Shown: positions 1-9,553 of the stretch, piece after piece
How the letters are laid out: each line of letters opens with the position of its first letter
Position numbering within the stretch: position 1 is the stretch's first letter
From: an uncultured delta proteobacterium
Lineage (GTDB): Bacteria > Myxococcota > Myxococcia > SLRQ01
Assembly (NCBI GenBank): GCA_963727485.1
Contig: CAVSGM010000003.1
Coordinates: 448,001-512,000 of the forward strand
Direction of reading: 5' to 3'
Length of the DNA: 64,000 bases
The notes under the pieces: model-generated
What the model was told of the DNA's origin: nothing
What the model saw: only the letters and a program-made list of their open reading frames with translations
The model's database searches: none
Made by a program: the position numbers and the translations under genes

Positions 1-46
1 CAGGCCCGCGCCGGCCGCTGACGCCCCGCCCGGAGCCAGGGCGCCC

Positions 47-733
47 CTAGAAGTGACTCGCGGTCCAGGTCAGGGCCAGGTAGCCGGTGCACGGGAACCC
101 CTGGGCGCAGAAGACGTCGACCTCGGGCAGGAGGTGGCCGTGGGTCCCGGTGTCGATGTCGAGGCCGACGGTGAGCTGCGGCGCCAGGTAGGCGAGCCGC
201 GCGGGCCCAGAGCCCACGACCCGCGGCGAGAAGAAGACGTAGGTCGTCAGCTGCGGGGCGACCACCAGCTCCTCGTCCCCGAGGCGGATCCCGAGGAGCA
301 CCGGGAGGTGGAGGCGCACCGGGTCGATGGAGCTGCCGTTGACAATCCCCGGGGCGGGGCTCAGGAACCCGGTGGGGACCCCCAGGCCCACCCCCGGCGC
401 CACCGAGAGGTCGAAGGCGGGGCTCCTCACCGCCTGCCACTTGAGGTCGATGCGCCCGCCGGCCTGCACCAGCCACAGGCGGCCCCCGAGCTCGAGGTTG
501 TCGGTGAGCCCCTGGCGGACCGAGGCCTCGAGGTCCGGGTAGACGTGGAACACCTGCTTCCCCGAGCTGTCGGGGGCGGTCATGGCCTCGGCGCCCGCGG
601 TGATGCCCCACTCCAGGTGGCCGGCGGGGACGGTGGGCACCCGCTCCAGGAGGCCCGCGGTGGGGTAGCAGCCGGCGGCGAGGAGGAGGACGGCGGGGAC
701 GACGAGGCGGGGCAGGGCGCGGCGCGGGGGCAT
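47..733 (-). CDS. Putative lipoprotein with beta-strand-rich, outer-membrane-like body
   Basis: Basic N-terminus, hydrophobic stretch and lipobox LAAGC; amphipathic strands ending in C-terminal Phe. Confidence 0.6.
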   Translation of the reverse strand: MPPRRALPRLVVPAVLLLAAGCYPTAGLLERVPTVPAGHLEWGITAGAEAMTAPDSSGKQVFHVYPDLEASVRQGLTDNLELGGRLWLVQAGGRIDLKWQAVRSPAFDLSVAPGVGLGVPTGFLSPAPGIVNGSSIDPVRLHLPVLLGIRLGDEELVVAPQLTTYVFFSPRVVGSGPARLAYLAPQLTVGLDIDTGTHGHLLPEVDVFCAQGFPCTGYLALTWTASHF

Positions 734-774
734 GCCTTCTCCCTAGCACCGGGCCCGGGGGTCGCGCCTCGGGC

Positions 775-817
775 GGTTGGACGGGCGCCTACAGGTTGGA
801 CGGGCGCCTACATGTAG
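775..817. repeat. Perfect 19-bp tandem duplication overlapping a 10-bp palindrome, in a divergent intergenic region
   Basis: GGTTGGACGGGCGCCTACA at 775-793 and 794-812; CTACATGTAG palindrome at 808-817. Confidence 0.85.
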
Positions 818-925
818 TTGAGTGGCATACTCGTGAACCTGCACGTATCCGCTTGCGGCCAGCCCGTCATGGGGCTAGAAATGGGCCCGCCTGGGGTCAC
901 ACTAAACCTAGCAAAAGAGTCGTAA

Positions 926-1447
926 ATGCTTCACGCCCTCGCCGCCCCCTGGCCCTGGTACCTCGGCGCCCTCGCCGTGGCCGGGGTCTCCATCGCGCTG
1001 GTCGCCTTCGAGGGCCGGACCCTCGGGGTCTCCGGCGGCGTCAGCGCCGCCCTGGGCCTGCCCCCGGTCGAGGGGGGCACCTGCGGCGCCGACGGCGTCC
1101 AGCCCGGCGCCGCGGCCGGCGCGGGGCCCGGCGCCAACCGCTGGCGCGCCTTCTTCCTCCTGGGCCTGCCGCTGGGCGGTGTCCTCAGCCATCTCCTCGG
1201 CGGCGGCGGCCACGGCCTCGCCACCCTGGTCACCTGGACCGGCTCGCCCCTGGGCGCGGCGGCGCTCCTCCTCGGCGGCGGCGTCCTCATCGGCTGGGGC
1301 ACCCGGCAGGCCGGCGGGTGCACCTCGGGGCACGCCATCGTGGGCTGCGCCCTGGCCCGGCCGGCGAGCCTCCTGGTCACCGCGACCTTCTTCGCCACCG
1401 GCGTCCTCGCCGCCAACCTCCTCGCCCACCTCGGAGGTGTCCGATGA
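926..1447 (+). CDS. YeeE/YedE family sulfur-compound transporter, first subunit
   Basis: WPWY N-terminus, LGVSG and GGCTSGH motifs, about 4 TM helices. Confidence 0.85.
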   Translation: MLHALAAPWPWYLGALAVAGVSIALVAFEGRTLGVSGGVSAALGLPPVEGGTCGADGVQPGAAAGAGPGANRWRAFFLLGLPLGGVLSHLLGGGGHGLATLVTWTGSPLGAAALLLGGGVLIGWGTRQAGGCTSGHAIVGCALARPASLLVTATFFATGVLAANLLAHLGGVR

Positions 1448-1905
1448 GGTCCGGCCTGCGCTTCGCCCTCTGGGGCACCGGCTTCGGCTTCGTCCTCTCC
1501 CGGGCCGGGGCCACCGACTTCGACCTGATGAGCGGCATGTTCCGCTTCACCGACCTCCACCTCATCGGGGTCATCGGTGGCGCCGTGGCCCTGGGCGCGG
1601 TGGGCCTGCGCCTCGCCGCCCGTCTCCGCCTCCGCACCGGCCGCCCGGTGAGCCTCCCCAGGCCCCGGACCTCCACCCCGGCCCTGGCCGGCGCCGCGGT
1701 CTTCGGCCTCGGCTGGGGGCTGACCGGCGCCTGCCCGGGAACCTCGCTGGTGCAGCTGGGCGAGGGCACCTGGCTCGCCGGGTTCACCGTCGCCGGCATC
1801 TTCCTCGGCGCCCTGGCCCACGCGGCGATCACCCACTGGCTGGCGCGCCGCCGCACCCTCCGGGCCCTCCAGGGCGTGCGTGGTCTCCAGACCCAGCTGC
1901 GCTGA
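1444..1905 (+). CDS. YeeE/YedE family transporter, second subunit
   Basis: ATG at 1444 overlaps the previous stop (ATGA); FGFVL, MFRF and GWGLTGACPG motifs. Confidence 0.85.
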   Translation: MRSGLRFALWGTGFGFVLSRAGATDFDLMSGMFRFTDLHLIGVIGGAVALGAVGLRLAARLRLRTGRPVSLPRPRTSTPALAGAAVFGLGWGLTGACPGTSLVQLGEGTWLAGFTVAGIFLGALAHAAITHWLARRRTLRALQGVRGLQTQLR

Positions 1906-1965
1906 TCCCCGTCCTCCCGTCGGCGGATGCCAGCACCGCGCCGGTCGTGATACGACGCTTGAGCC

Positions 1966-4821
1966 ATGCGTAGGGGGATCCTCATCGTCGTCGCCCTCGG
2001 CACCCTCGCAGGGTGCCGGGACTTCCAGGTCCCGCCCCTGGGCTACCAGGGGCCGCTGAAGGTGGTCCCGGCGACCCTGGCGGTGGCGCCCCAGGAGGCC
2101 GCCACCTTCCAGGTCGAGGGCGGCACCCCGCCCTATACGGTCGGCCCCGCGCCGGGGAGCACCACCGGGAGCACCGGGGGCACCGACTACCTCGCCTTCC
2201 CCCTCACCGCCAACGGCGGCTCCGGGGGCTTCGCCGCCGTCAACGGCGCCCAGGTCGACTACGCCGCCGGCACCGGCGACACCACCGCCGGCCAGCACAC
2301 CCGGGACAGCTTCGTGGTCCGGGACGCCAAGGGCGCCACGGTCACCGTCCACGTGGACATCGGCCCCCCGGTGGCCGTGGACTTCGGCAACGCCGGCAAG
2401 CCCCTCTCCGTGCCGCCAGGGGGCACCCTCTTCCTCGGTGCCACCGGCGGCAAGGGGCCCTACCTCTTCGGGCTGGCCAGCGCGCCCTCCGACGGTCTGG
2501 CCGATGCGGTCACCGGCCGCTACCGGGCTGGGGACCTCGGCTGCGTCACCGACACCCTCGTGGTCCGGGACGACGTGGGCGCCACCGACGCGGACACGGT
2601 GAACGTCCAGTGCCCGCGCATGCCAGGGAGCCCCGCCGACGTGGTGGCTGCCCGCGCCCTGGACCTGGGCAGCACCACCAACCGCGTCTTCTACTTCACC
2701 ACCCGCAACGGGGGTGATCTGGAGCTGCCCATCTACGGCGGCGCGCCCTACCAGGTGAGCCTCCCGGGCCCGGTGGTCGCGGTCACCGCACCCCGCCACG
2801 CCCCCGGGGTGGTGGTGGCGGTGCGCGAGTTCGACGGGATCCACCTCCTCTCCGCCAACGGCCAGCCGGGGGCCTTCGTGGACCTGGTGGCCACCGGTCC
2901 CAACTACCCCATCCCCCTCGGCTCGACCCTCCGCCTCACCAGCGCCGAGAACTTCACCAGCACCACCTCGCCGGAAGCCGAGGCCAGCTGGACCACGCCC
3001 ACCGGGGGCGGCTTCGCCGCGCACCTCGCCGTGGGCCAGTCGACCGGCGCCGCGGTCAGCGTCCCCGGCCAGCCTGCCGCGGTCACCGGCTTCCCCGCCA
3101 CCCTCCACGACTTCCTCAACGGCCGCACCGACTTCGTCCAGCTCTACCTGCCGCAGGCCGGGGGTCAGGTGGCGGCGGTGGTCGACATCGGCGGCGGCCT
3201 CGGCGGCCAGACGCCCGTCACCGTGCCCGTGACCTTCCAGACGCTCCTCGACGCCGCCGGGAGCGATGGCAGCGACGTGGCCCTCCTCGGGACCGACGCC
3301 AGCGGCAACCGCGTGCTCGCCCTGGTCTCGTTGAACACCAGCACCGGGGCCTTCAGCCTCCAGGGTGGACCGGTGCCGGTGCAAGGCGACGCCGACCGCG
3401 TGGTCTTCGGTCACCTGCGCAGCCTGGGCTCCGAGGACTACGTCGTGGCCGGCGCCGCCGGCGAGGTGCGCCTGGTCCACCCCGACGGGAACGGGGCCCT
3501 GAAGGTCGAGAACACCTCCTGGTTCCTGCCCGCGGGGATCACCGACCTCGCCGCCGGGGACGTCGACGGGGACGGCCTCGACGAGCTCCTCGCCAGCGGT
3601 GACCCCGCCGGCAATCCGGCGATCTACGTGAACCCCTCGGCGCTCCCCCTGCAGGCGCCCCCGTCGCGGGGCGTCTATGGCCATGGTGCCCTCCAGGCCA
3701 CCTCCGTGGGCAAGGTGGTGCAGCCCCAGGAGGTCCCCACGGTCCTGGCACTCGACCAGGGGCGCTTCGCCGACGGCAGCGATTCCCAAACGAAAGCCGG
3801 TGAGCTCGTCCTGCTCCCCGGGGGGGCCGACGTCGGCACGCCGGTGCAGCTGAAGCTGCCGGTCACCGGGGGCAGCGTGGTGCAGGTGATCACCGCGCCC
3901 CTGAGCCAGAACACCCTCGGCCTCGACTACAACCCCCCTGCCATCGTGGCCCTGGTCGACGACGGGACCGGCAGCGAGTCGGTGTGGGTCGTGAGCTACC
4001 CCCAGCCGGGGCAGGCGCCGACGGTGGAGGCCGTGGGCGGCAAGCAGAGCCCCACCCCGTTCTCAAGGGCCCGCCTCGCCGCGCTCCCCGTCCCCGGGGC
4101 CAGCCCGGCGCTGGACCTGGGGGTGATCGTCGACGACCAGGGCCTCTGGGCCCTCACCCTGGACGCCAAGGGGACGCCCAGCGTCGCCCCGGTCCACCGG
4201 GGCACGTACGGCTGGCCGACGGCCGACCTCGGCGACACCAAGACCCACACCCTCCTGGCCCTGGAGCGGACGTCGCCCAAGAGCCTGAGCCTCTCCCGGA
4301 TCGGCGTCGACGCCGCGGGCACCGACCTCGTGGTCACCCCGGTTCCGGATCCCTCCGGCTCGGGCCCGGTGGTCCTCCAGCCCCCGCCCACCGTCGACCT
4401 CAACGCGACCCTCCATGCGCCCGTGATCGCCCAGGACACCTCCTTGACCGGCCCGGAGGTGGCGCTGGTCACCGGGGGGAAGATCCTGGAGCTGGGCACC
4501 GCGGACCTGGGCGTGTGCCTCCTCAACCTCCCGGGGACGGTGACCGACCTGGCCCTCATCGGGGCCGACTCCGACGGAACCGCGCGGGTCGCCGTCCTCG
4601 ACACCCCCGACCACCTCCTGGAGACGGTGCGGCTGTTCAACTACCAGGAGGGCGTCCTCGACCGGACGGTGCTCCAGGGGTCGCCGACCTCGGTGCGCGT
4701 GGGGGACGTGGTGGGCAACGACGGAGTCCCCGACATCGTCGTCGGTGGCACCCCGCTGACCATCCTCCCCGGCCTCCAGGGCGCCATCCAGACCGTGCGC
4801 CAGACGCTCACCTGCCAGTAG
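1966..4821 (+). CDS. Large lipoprotein with Ig-like segments and FG-GAP/VCBS-like repeats
   Basis: Lipobox LAGC; GGTPPY and GGKGPY segments; AGDVDGDGLDEL and GDVVGNDGVPDIVV motifs. Confidence 0.7.
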   Translation: MRRGILIVVALGTLAGCRDFQVPPLGYQGPLKVVPATLAVAPQEAATFQVEGGTPPYTVGPAPGSTTGSTGGTDYLAFPLTANGGSGGFAAVNGAQVDYAAGTGDTTAGQHTRDSFVVRDAKGATVTVHVDIGPPVAVDFGNAGKPLSVPPGGTLFLGATGGKGPYLFGLASAPSDGLADAVTGRYRAGDLGCVTDTLVVRDDVGATDADTVNVQCPRMPGSPADVVAARALDLGSTTNRVFYFTTRNGGDLELPIYGGAPYQVSLPGPVVAVTAPRHAPGVVVAVREFDGIHLLSANGQPGAFVDLVATGPNYPIPLGSTLRLTSAENFTSTTSPEAEASWTTPTGGGFAAHLAVGQSTGAAVSVPGQPAAVTGFPATLHDFLNGRTDFVQLYLPQAGGQVAAVVDIGGGLGGQTPVTVPVTFQTLLDAAGSDGSDVALLGTDASGNRVLALVSLNTSTGAFSLQGGPVPVQGDADRVVFGHLRSLGSEDYVVAGAAGEVRLVHPDGNGALKVENTSWFLPAGITDLAAGDVDGDGLDELLASGDPAGNPAIYVNPSALPLQAPPSRGVYGHGALQATSVGKVVQPQEVPTVLALDQGRFADGSDSQTKAGELVLLPGGADVGTPVQLKLPVTGGSVVQVITAPLSQNTLGLDYNPPAIVALVDDGTGSESVWVVSYPQPGQAPTVEAVGGKQSPTPFSRARLAALPVPGASPALDLGVIVDDQGLWALTLDAKGTPSVAPVHRGTYGWPTADLGDTKTHTLLALERTSPKSLSLSRIGVDAAGTDLVVTPVPDPSGSGPVVLQPPPTVDLNATLHAPVIAQDTSLTGPEVALVTGGKILELGTADLGVCLLNLPGTVTDLALIGADSDGTARVAVLDTPDHLLETVRLFNYQEGVLDRTVLQGSPTSVRVGDVVGNDGVPDIVVGGTPLTILPGLQGAIQTVRQTLTCQ

Positions 4822-4833
4822 CGCCCGGCCGGC

Positions 4834-5865
4834 TCACCCCTCGCCGGCCCCGGTGGTCAGCAGCACCTTCCCGAAGTTCTTCCGGTCCTGGAGCCAGGCG
4901 TGGGCGGCGCCGGTCTCCTCCAGGGGGAAGGTCCGGTCCACCACCGGGTCCAGGTCGCCTGCGGCCACCCGCGCGAGGATGGCCTCGAGGCTCTCGCGCA
5001 ACAGCGCCACCTCGTCCCAGAGGTGGCCGAGGTTCACCCCGAACACGCCCACGTTCCGGTCCATGAGCTTGAGCGGGTGGAACCGGGGCATGGCGAGGAC
5101 CGTGCCCCCGGCGGTGATCAGGTTGCGCTTCTTGCCGGTGGCCATGGAGGCGTTGCCGAAGAGGAAGAGCCGACCCATGGGGGCCAGCAGCGCGTAGCTC
5201 TTCTTGAACGAGCTCCCGCCGATGGGGTCGAGGACCACGTGGACCCCCCGCCCGCCGGTGAGCCGGCGCGCCTCGGCCTCGAAGTCCTGGGTGCGGTAGT
5301 CGATGGCGTGGTCGAGGCCCAGGGAAAGGAGCCGCTCGTGCTTCCCGGCGCTGGCCGTGCCCAGGAGCGTGGCCCCGCGCCACCTGGCGATCTGGAGGGC
5401 GGCGAGGCCCACCCCGCCCCCGGCGCCGTGGATCAGCACCGTCTCCGAGGCCTGGAGGTTTCCCAGGCGGACCAGCATCAGCCAGGCGGTGAGGTAGTTC
5501 ACCGGGAGCGCCGCCGCCTTCTCGAAGGAGAGCGCGTCGGGGATCCGGTGGACCTGGGTGGCCTGGACCACCGCGCAGTCGGTGTAGCCCCCGAAGCGGG
5601 TCACCGAGAGCACCCGGTCGCCCACCGAGAAGGCGCTGACCTCGGGGCCCACCGCGTCCACCGTCCCCGACACCTCGTAGCCCACCACCGTGGGGAGCTT
5701 GGGCGCGTCGGGGTAGAGACCCATCCGGGCCATGCAGTCGGCGAAGTTCACGCCGGCGGCGGCGACCCGGATGCGCACGTAGCCGGGGCCCGGCACCGGG
5801 TCCGGGGCCTCACGGACCTCGAGCACCTCCGGCCCACCGATCTTCGGGATCCACACCTGCCGCAT
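4834..5865 (-). CDS. Medium-chain dehydrogenase/reductase, VAT-1/quinone oxidoreductase-like
   Basis: GVNFAD, GYEVSG, HGAGGGVG nucleotide-binding motif, KNFGKVLL end. Confidence 0.9.
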   Translation of the reverse strand: MRQVWIPKIGGPEVLEVREAPDPVPGPGYVRIRVAAAGVNFADCMARMGLYPDAPKLPTVVGYEVSGTVDAVGPEVSAFSVGDRVLSVTRFGGYTDCAVVQATQVHRIPDALSFEKAAALPVNYLTAWLMLVRLGNLQASETVLIHGAGGGVGLAALQIARWRGATLLGTASAGKHERLLSLGLDHAIDYRTQDFEAEARRLTGGRGVHVVLDPIGGSSFKKSYALLAPMGRLFLFGNASMATGKKRNLITAGGTVLAMPRFHPLKLMDRNVGVFGVNLGHLWDEVALLRESLEAILARVAAGDLDPVVDRTFPLEETGAAHAWLQDRKNFGKVLLTTGAGEG

Positions 5866-5931
5866 CGGTCCCCCTCCCAGGGCCGGGCCGGCGTGGCCCG
5901 AGCCTGTGGGGGATATAGCCCGCTGGCGGCG

Positions 5932-6876
5932 TCAGTCGAAGGTGTACTGGAGAAACCCGATGAGGGTCGGACCGAGGTGCTGGACCCCGTTGAGCTTCGT
6001 GGCCATGGGGATCTGGGCCCGGAGGTGGAACCACAGCTTGTCCACCACCCTGAGCATCGCCCCCGGCGAGGCGTCGAGGACGAACCCCCCGGTGTTGACC
6101 TGCGCCGCGCCGCCCGCCGTGTCCTGGCCGTTGTAGCGCCCGTCGATCCCGAGCTCGAGGGCCGCCCAATCGACCGGGCGGTACTCCCCGCGCACGGTCC
6201 AGAGCAGGGCCGAGGCGTAGTGGTAGCCGAAGCGGTTCACCGTGTGCACCCTGCCGCTGACGCTGGTGAACAGGTTCCAGGGATCCCGGTGGTAGGCGTA
6301 CTGGAGGCCGGCGTAGGGCCCGAAGGCGCCGGTGCCGAGCTGGGCGTGGTCGTCGATGCGCTGGCCGGCGACCTGGGTGTCGTCGGGCCCGGTGGGCAGG
6401 GAGGTGCCGGCGAAGACGGCGAGGTTCTGCCGGGACATCGCCTTCCAGTCGCTGTGCTGCCAGAGGAAGTACCGGGCCCCGAGGGAGACGTCGCCCAGGC
6501 CCATGCCGGTGTGGCGCTCCGCGGAGGCGTCGCCGGCGGTCAGGTACCAGGCCTTCCGGGTCAGCGGCACCTGGAGCACCAGGTTGAGGCGGGACAGGGG
6601 GCTCCACACCACGACCGGCTGGAGGGTGGTCTGGGTGAGGCCCTCGGTCTGGGTGGGGTCGTCGTCGTTGCGCGCCGAGGCGGTGAGCGTGGTCAGGGAG
6701 AGCGAGAGGCTCACCCGGCCGGCGACGGGCTGGGACGAGGCCGCGTCGACCAGGGGGTCGCCGCAGCCGCAGACGGAGCAGGCGTGGGCCGGGGCGGGGA
6801 GGACGGCGAGGACGGTGGCCGCGAGGGCGCCGAGGACGCCGCCGATCTGGACGCGGGCGGGGGTGGGGGGCTTCAT
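5932..6876 (-). CDS. Outer-membrane beta-barrel transporter-like protein with an N-terminal CxxCxC motif
   Basis: Signal peptide ending AHA, then CSVCGCGD; GLGDVSLGARY, SLPTG and QLGTG motifs; C-terminal QYTFD. Confidence 0.7.
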   Translation of the reverse strand: MKPPTPARVQIGGVLGALAATVLAVLPAPAHACSVCGCGDPLVDAASSQPVAGRVSLSLSLTTLTASARNDDDPTQTEGLTQTTLQPVVVWSPLSRLNLVLQVPLTRKAWYLTAGDASAERHTGMGLGDVSLGARYFLWQHSDWKAMSRQNLAVFAGTSLPTGPDDTQVAGQRIDDHAQLGTGAFGPYAGLQYAYHRDPWNLFTSVSGRVHTVNRFGYHYASALLWTVRGEYRPVDWAALELGIDGRYNGQDTAGGAAQVNTGGFVLDASPGAMLRVVDKLWFHLRAQIPMATKLNGVQHLGPTLIGFLQYTFD

Positions 6877-6913
6877 GGACCCGGAGGCTAGAGAAGGACC
6901 CCGGGGTCCACAA

Positions 6914-6947
6914 TGCGGCAAGTCGTCGCATGCGGCACGATGTCGCA
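6914..6947. promoter_or_regulatory. Two tandem RegA/RegR-type boxes (GCGGC-N5-GTCGC)
   Basis: TGCGGCAAGTCGTCGCA (6914-6930) followed directly by TGCGGCACGATGTCGCA (6931-6947), between the beta-barrel gene and regB. Confidence 0.75.
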
Positions 6948-7009
6948 GGGGTGCCCCCGACGGGGTCGCCGCCCTTTCCCCCCGCCGCCGAATGCGGTAG
7001 CGCGGACGG

Positions 7010-8344
7010 GTGCCCGGCCCCGACCAGCCCCTCCTCGGCGGCGACGCCCAGGCCCACGCCCACGACCTGGCGTGGCTGGTGCGCCTGCGCTGGGTGGCCG
7101 TGGCCGGGCAGCTCGCCACCATCGGCGCCGTCTCCCGGCTCCCGGGCTTTCGCCACCTGCCCTACGGGGCGCTCCTGGCGGTGGTGGCGGTGGCGGCGGC
7201 GACCAACGCGGTGCTGGCCCTCTGGAGCCGCCGGGCCGAGGCGGTAGACGAGTGGGTCCTCGCCGCGGTCATGGGCCTCGACGTCACCCTGCTCACGGCG
7301 CTGCTCTGGCTCGCCGGCGGGCCCTACAACCCCTTCAGCTTCCTCTACCTCATCCACATCGCCCTGGCGGCGGTGACCCTCCGGCCGGCGTGGACCTGGG
7401 CGCTGGTGGCGGCCTCGGCGGCGGCCTACGGGGCGCTGTTCCTGGTGCACGAGCCGGTCCACCTCGCCGGGGCCGACGCGGCGGTGCACCTGCGCCTCCA
7501 CCTCGAGGGGATGTGGGTGGCCTTCGGGGTGGCGGCGGTGCTCATCACCTTCTTCGTGGGCCGGGTGCGCCGGGCCCTGGTGGATCGGGAGCGGGCCCTC
7601 TCGGCGATCCGGGCCCGGAGCGAGCGGGCCGAGCGGCTGGCCGCCCTGGGGACGCTCGCCGCCGGCGCCGCCCACGAGCTGTCCACCCCGCTGGCCACCA
7701 TCGCGGTGGTGGCCCGGGAGCTCGAGCGCCACCTCGACGGCGGGGGTGGGGCCGGGCGAGCCCCGAGCGACGACGCCGCCGACGACGCCCGGCTCATCCG
7801 CCAGCAGGTCGACCGGTGCCGCGACGTCCTCGACCGCCTGGTCTCCGACGCCGGGGAGCAGGCCGGCGAGCCCTTCTCCGCCCTGACCCCCGGCGCCGTC
7901 GCCGAGGCCGCCCTCGCCGCCTCCCGGGCCGCCGGCCGGGGCCGCCTGGAGGTGGTGGGCGAGGCCCCGGCGATCCCCGTGCCCCCCCGGGCCCTCGAGG
8001 GTGCGCTCCGGGGGCTGCTCGACAACGCCGCCGATGCCGCCGGGCCCGAGGGGCACGTGACGCTGCGCGCCGGTGCCGAGGACGGCCGGGTGCTCTGGGA
8101 GATCGTCGACGACGGCCCGGGGATGACCGAGGCGGTCCTGGGCCGGGCCGGTGAGCCCTTCTTCACCACCAAGGCGCCGGGCCGCGGCATGGGACTGGGC
8201 CTCTTCCTCGCCCGGAACCTCGCCGAGCGCCTCGGGGGCCGCCTCGACCTCGACACCGCCCCGGGGCGGGGCACCACCGTGCGCTTCAGCCTCCCGGCCC
8301 CGGCGCGGCGCCTTGACCGGGACGCGGCGGCGGCGGGAGGCTAG
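7010..8344 (+). CDS. regB: RegB/PrrB-family sensor histidine kinase
   Basis: LVRLRWVA start, GGPYNPF membrane motif, H-box AAHELSTPL, DDGPG and GMGLGL boxes. Confidence 0.85.
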   Translation: MPGPDQPLLGGDAQAHAHDLAWLVRLRWVAVAGQLATIGAVSRLPGFRHLPYGALLAVVAVAAATNAVLALWSRRAEAVDEWVLAAVMGLDVTLLTALLWLAGGPYNPFSFLYLIHIALAAVTLRPAWTWALVAASAAAYGALFLVHEPVHLAGADAAVHLRLHLEGMWVAFGVAAVLITFFVGRVRRALVDRERALSAIRARSERAERLAALGTLAAGAAHELSTPLATIAVVARELERHLDGGGGAGRAPSDDAADDARLIRQQVDRCRDVLDRLVSDAGEQAGEPFSALTPGAVAEAALAASRAAGRGRLEVVGEAPAIPVPPRALEGALRGLLDNAADAAGPEGHVTLRAGAEDGRVLWEIVDDGPGMTEAVLGRAGEPFFTTKAPGRGMGLGLFLARNLAERLGGRLDLDTAPGRGTTVRFSLPAPARRLDRDAAAAGG

Positions 8345-8350
8345 ATCGCC

Positions 8351-8893
8351 GTGGGCGAGTCGATCCTGGTGGTGGACGATGACGAGGTGCTCCGGCGCCG
8401 GCTGGTAAGGGCCCTGCGCGAGCGGGGCTTCGACGCCGAGGGCGCCGAGGGCTGCGCCACCGCCCGGGCCCGCGCGGTCGAGCGCGACTTCGACCGGGCG
8501 CTGGTGGACCTGCGGATGCCCGACGGCTCGGGCCTCGACCTGGTCGGCGACCTGAAGGCCGCCTGCGCCACCACCCGGATCGTGGTCCTCACCGGCTACG
8601 GTTCCATCGCCACCGCGGTGGAGGCCATGCGCCTGGGGGCCGTGAGCTACCTCCCCAAGCCCGCCGACGCCGACGAGGTCCTCCTGGCCTTCGACCGGGC
8701 CGAGTCGCCCCCGGACGCCGCCGCCGCCGAGGCCGAGTCGCCCCCGGCCCCGTCGCTCGCCCGGGCGGAGTGGGAGCACCTCAACCGCGTGCTGGCCGAC
8801 TGCGGGGGGAACATCTCCGAGGCGGCGCGCCGCCTGGGGATCCACCGGCGCTCGCTGCAGCGCAAGCTGCAGAAGTACCCGCCGGCGAAGTAG
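8351..8893 (+). CDS. regA: RegA/PrrA-family response regulator
   Basis: Receiver domain (VVDDD, DLRMP, LTGYGSIATAVEA) plus Fis-type HTH WEHLNRVL...NISEAARRLGIHRRSLQRKL. Confidence 0.9.
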   Translation: MGESILVVDDDEVLRRRLVRALRERGFDAEGAEGCATARARAVERDFDRALVDLRMPDGSGLDLVGDLKAACATTRIVVLTGYGSIATAVEAMRLGAVSYLPKPADADEVLLAFDRAESPPDAAAAEAESPPAPSLARAEWEHLNRVLADCGGNISEAARRLGIHRRSLQRKLQKYPPAK

Positions 8894-8923
8894 CCGGCAC
8901 CGCCGGGGCCCGGCGCCGCGCCG

Positions 8924-9553
8924 TCAGTCGCCGAGCTGGATCTTCTCCATCACGTCGGCGTCCTTGACCAGCTTGGGGTGGGGCAGGGTCGCCAGCGTCG
9001 CCCGGAGGAGGTGGAAGCTCGCCGGCACGTAGGGGCGCACCGCCTCGCCCATCTGCGCCACGTAGGTCTGGGTGAGGTCCTTGATCTCGGGGTCGGCCAA
9101 AGGCCAGGTGCCCTTGGCGTCGGCGGCCCAGATCGGCTTCCCGTCCGAGCAGCGCACCAGGGTGGCGTGGACCTTGGCGGTGACCCGGTCCCCGGCGCGC
9201 ACCAGGGTCGGCCGGAGGTGGAGGACGCCGTCGAGGTCGTCGTGGCAGGGGTGGGCGGGCATCGCCTGGGCCTCGGTGGGGTCCTTGGTGATGAAGTCCC
9301 GGTGCTGGTTCATCCACCGCGTCGCGATGACGCTCCACAGCTTGCCCAGGTCCTGCTGGCCGGCCGGGAGCGGGGCGGTGACCACCGCCACCCGCAGGGT
9401 CTTGAGGCGGTCGACCCGGTGGTAGTCCTGGCGGATCCAGGCGCCCCGGACCACCGGGGTGCAGCCGGCGGCCATGAGGGCCAGGGCGGCGAGGGCGGCG
9501 AGGGCCCGCGCCGGGAACTGCGGGCGGGCGGCGTCAGGCAGCGGCCTGCTCAT
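8924..9553 (-). CDS. Lipoprotein encoded with the MMPL transporter (resembles the MXAN_6521/LA_1396 family)
   Basis: Lipobox AAGC; NQHRDF motif; overlaps the end of the MMPL gene. Confidence 0.6.
   Translation of the reverse strand: MSRPLPDAARPQFPARALAALAALALMAAGCTPVVRGAWIRQDYHRVDRLKTLRVAVVTAPLPAGQQDLGKLWSVIATRWMNQHRDFITKDPTEAQAMPAHPCHDDLDGVLHLRPTLVRAGDRVTAKVHATLVRCSDGKPIWAADAKGTWPLADPEIKDLTQTYVAQMGEAVRPYVPASFHLLRATLATLPHPKLVKDADVMEKIQLGD

Noticed and set aside
775..812. Possible CRISPR repeat
   Set aside because: Only two adjacent copies, no spacer and no cas genes.
926..1905. YeeE pair as a selenium uptake system serving the two selenoproteins
   Set aside because: Not linked to sel or tusA/sirA genes in this window; nothing supports it beyond being in the same 64 kb.
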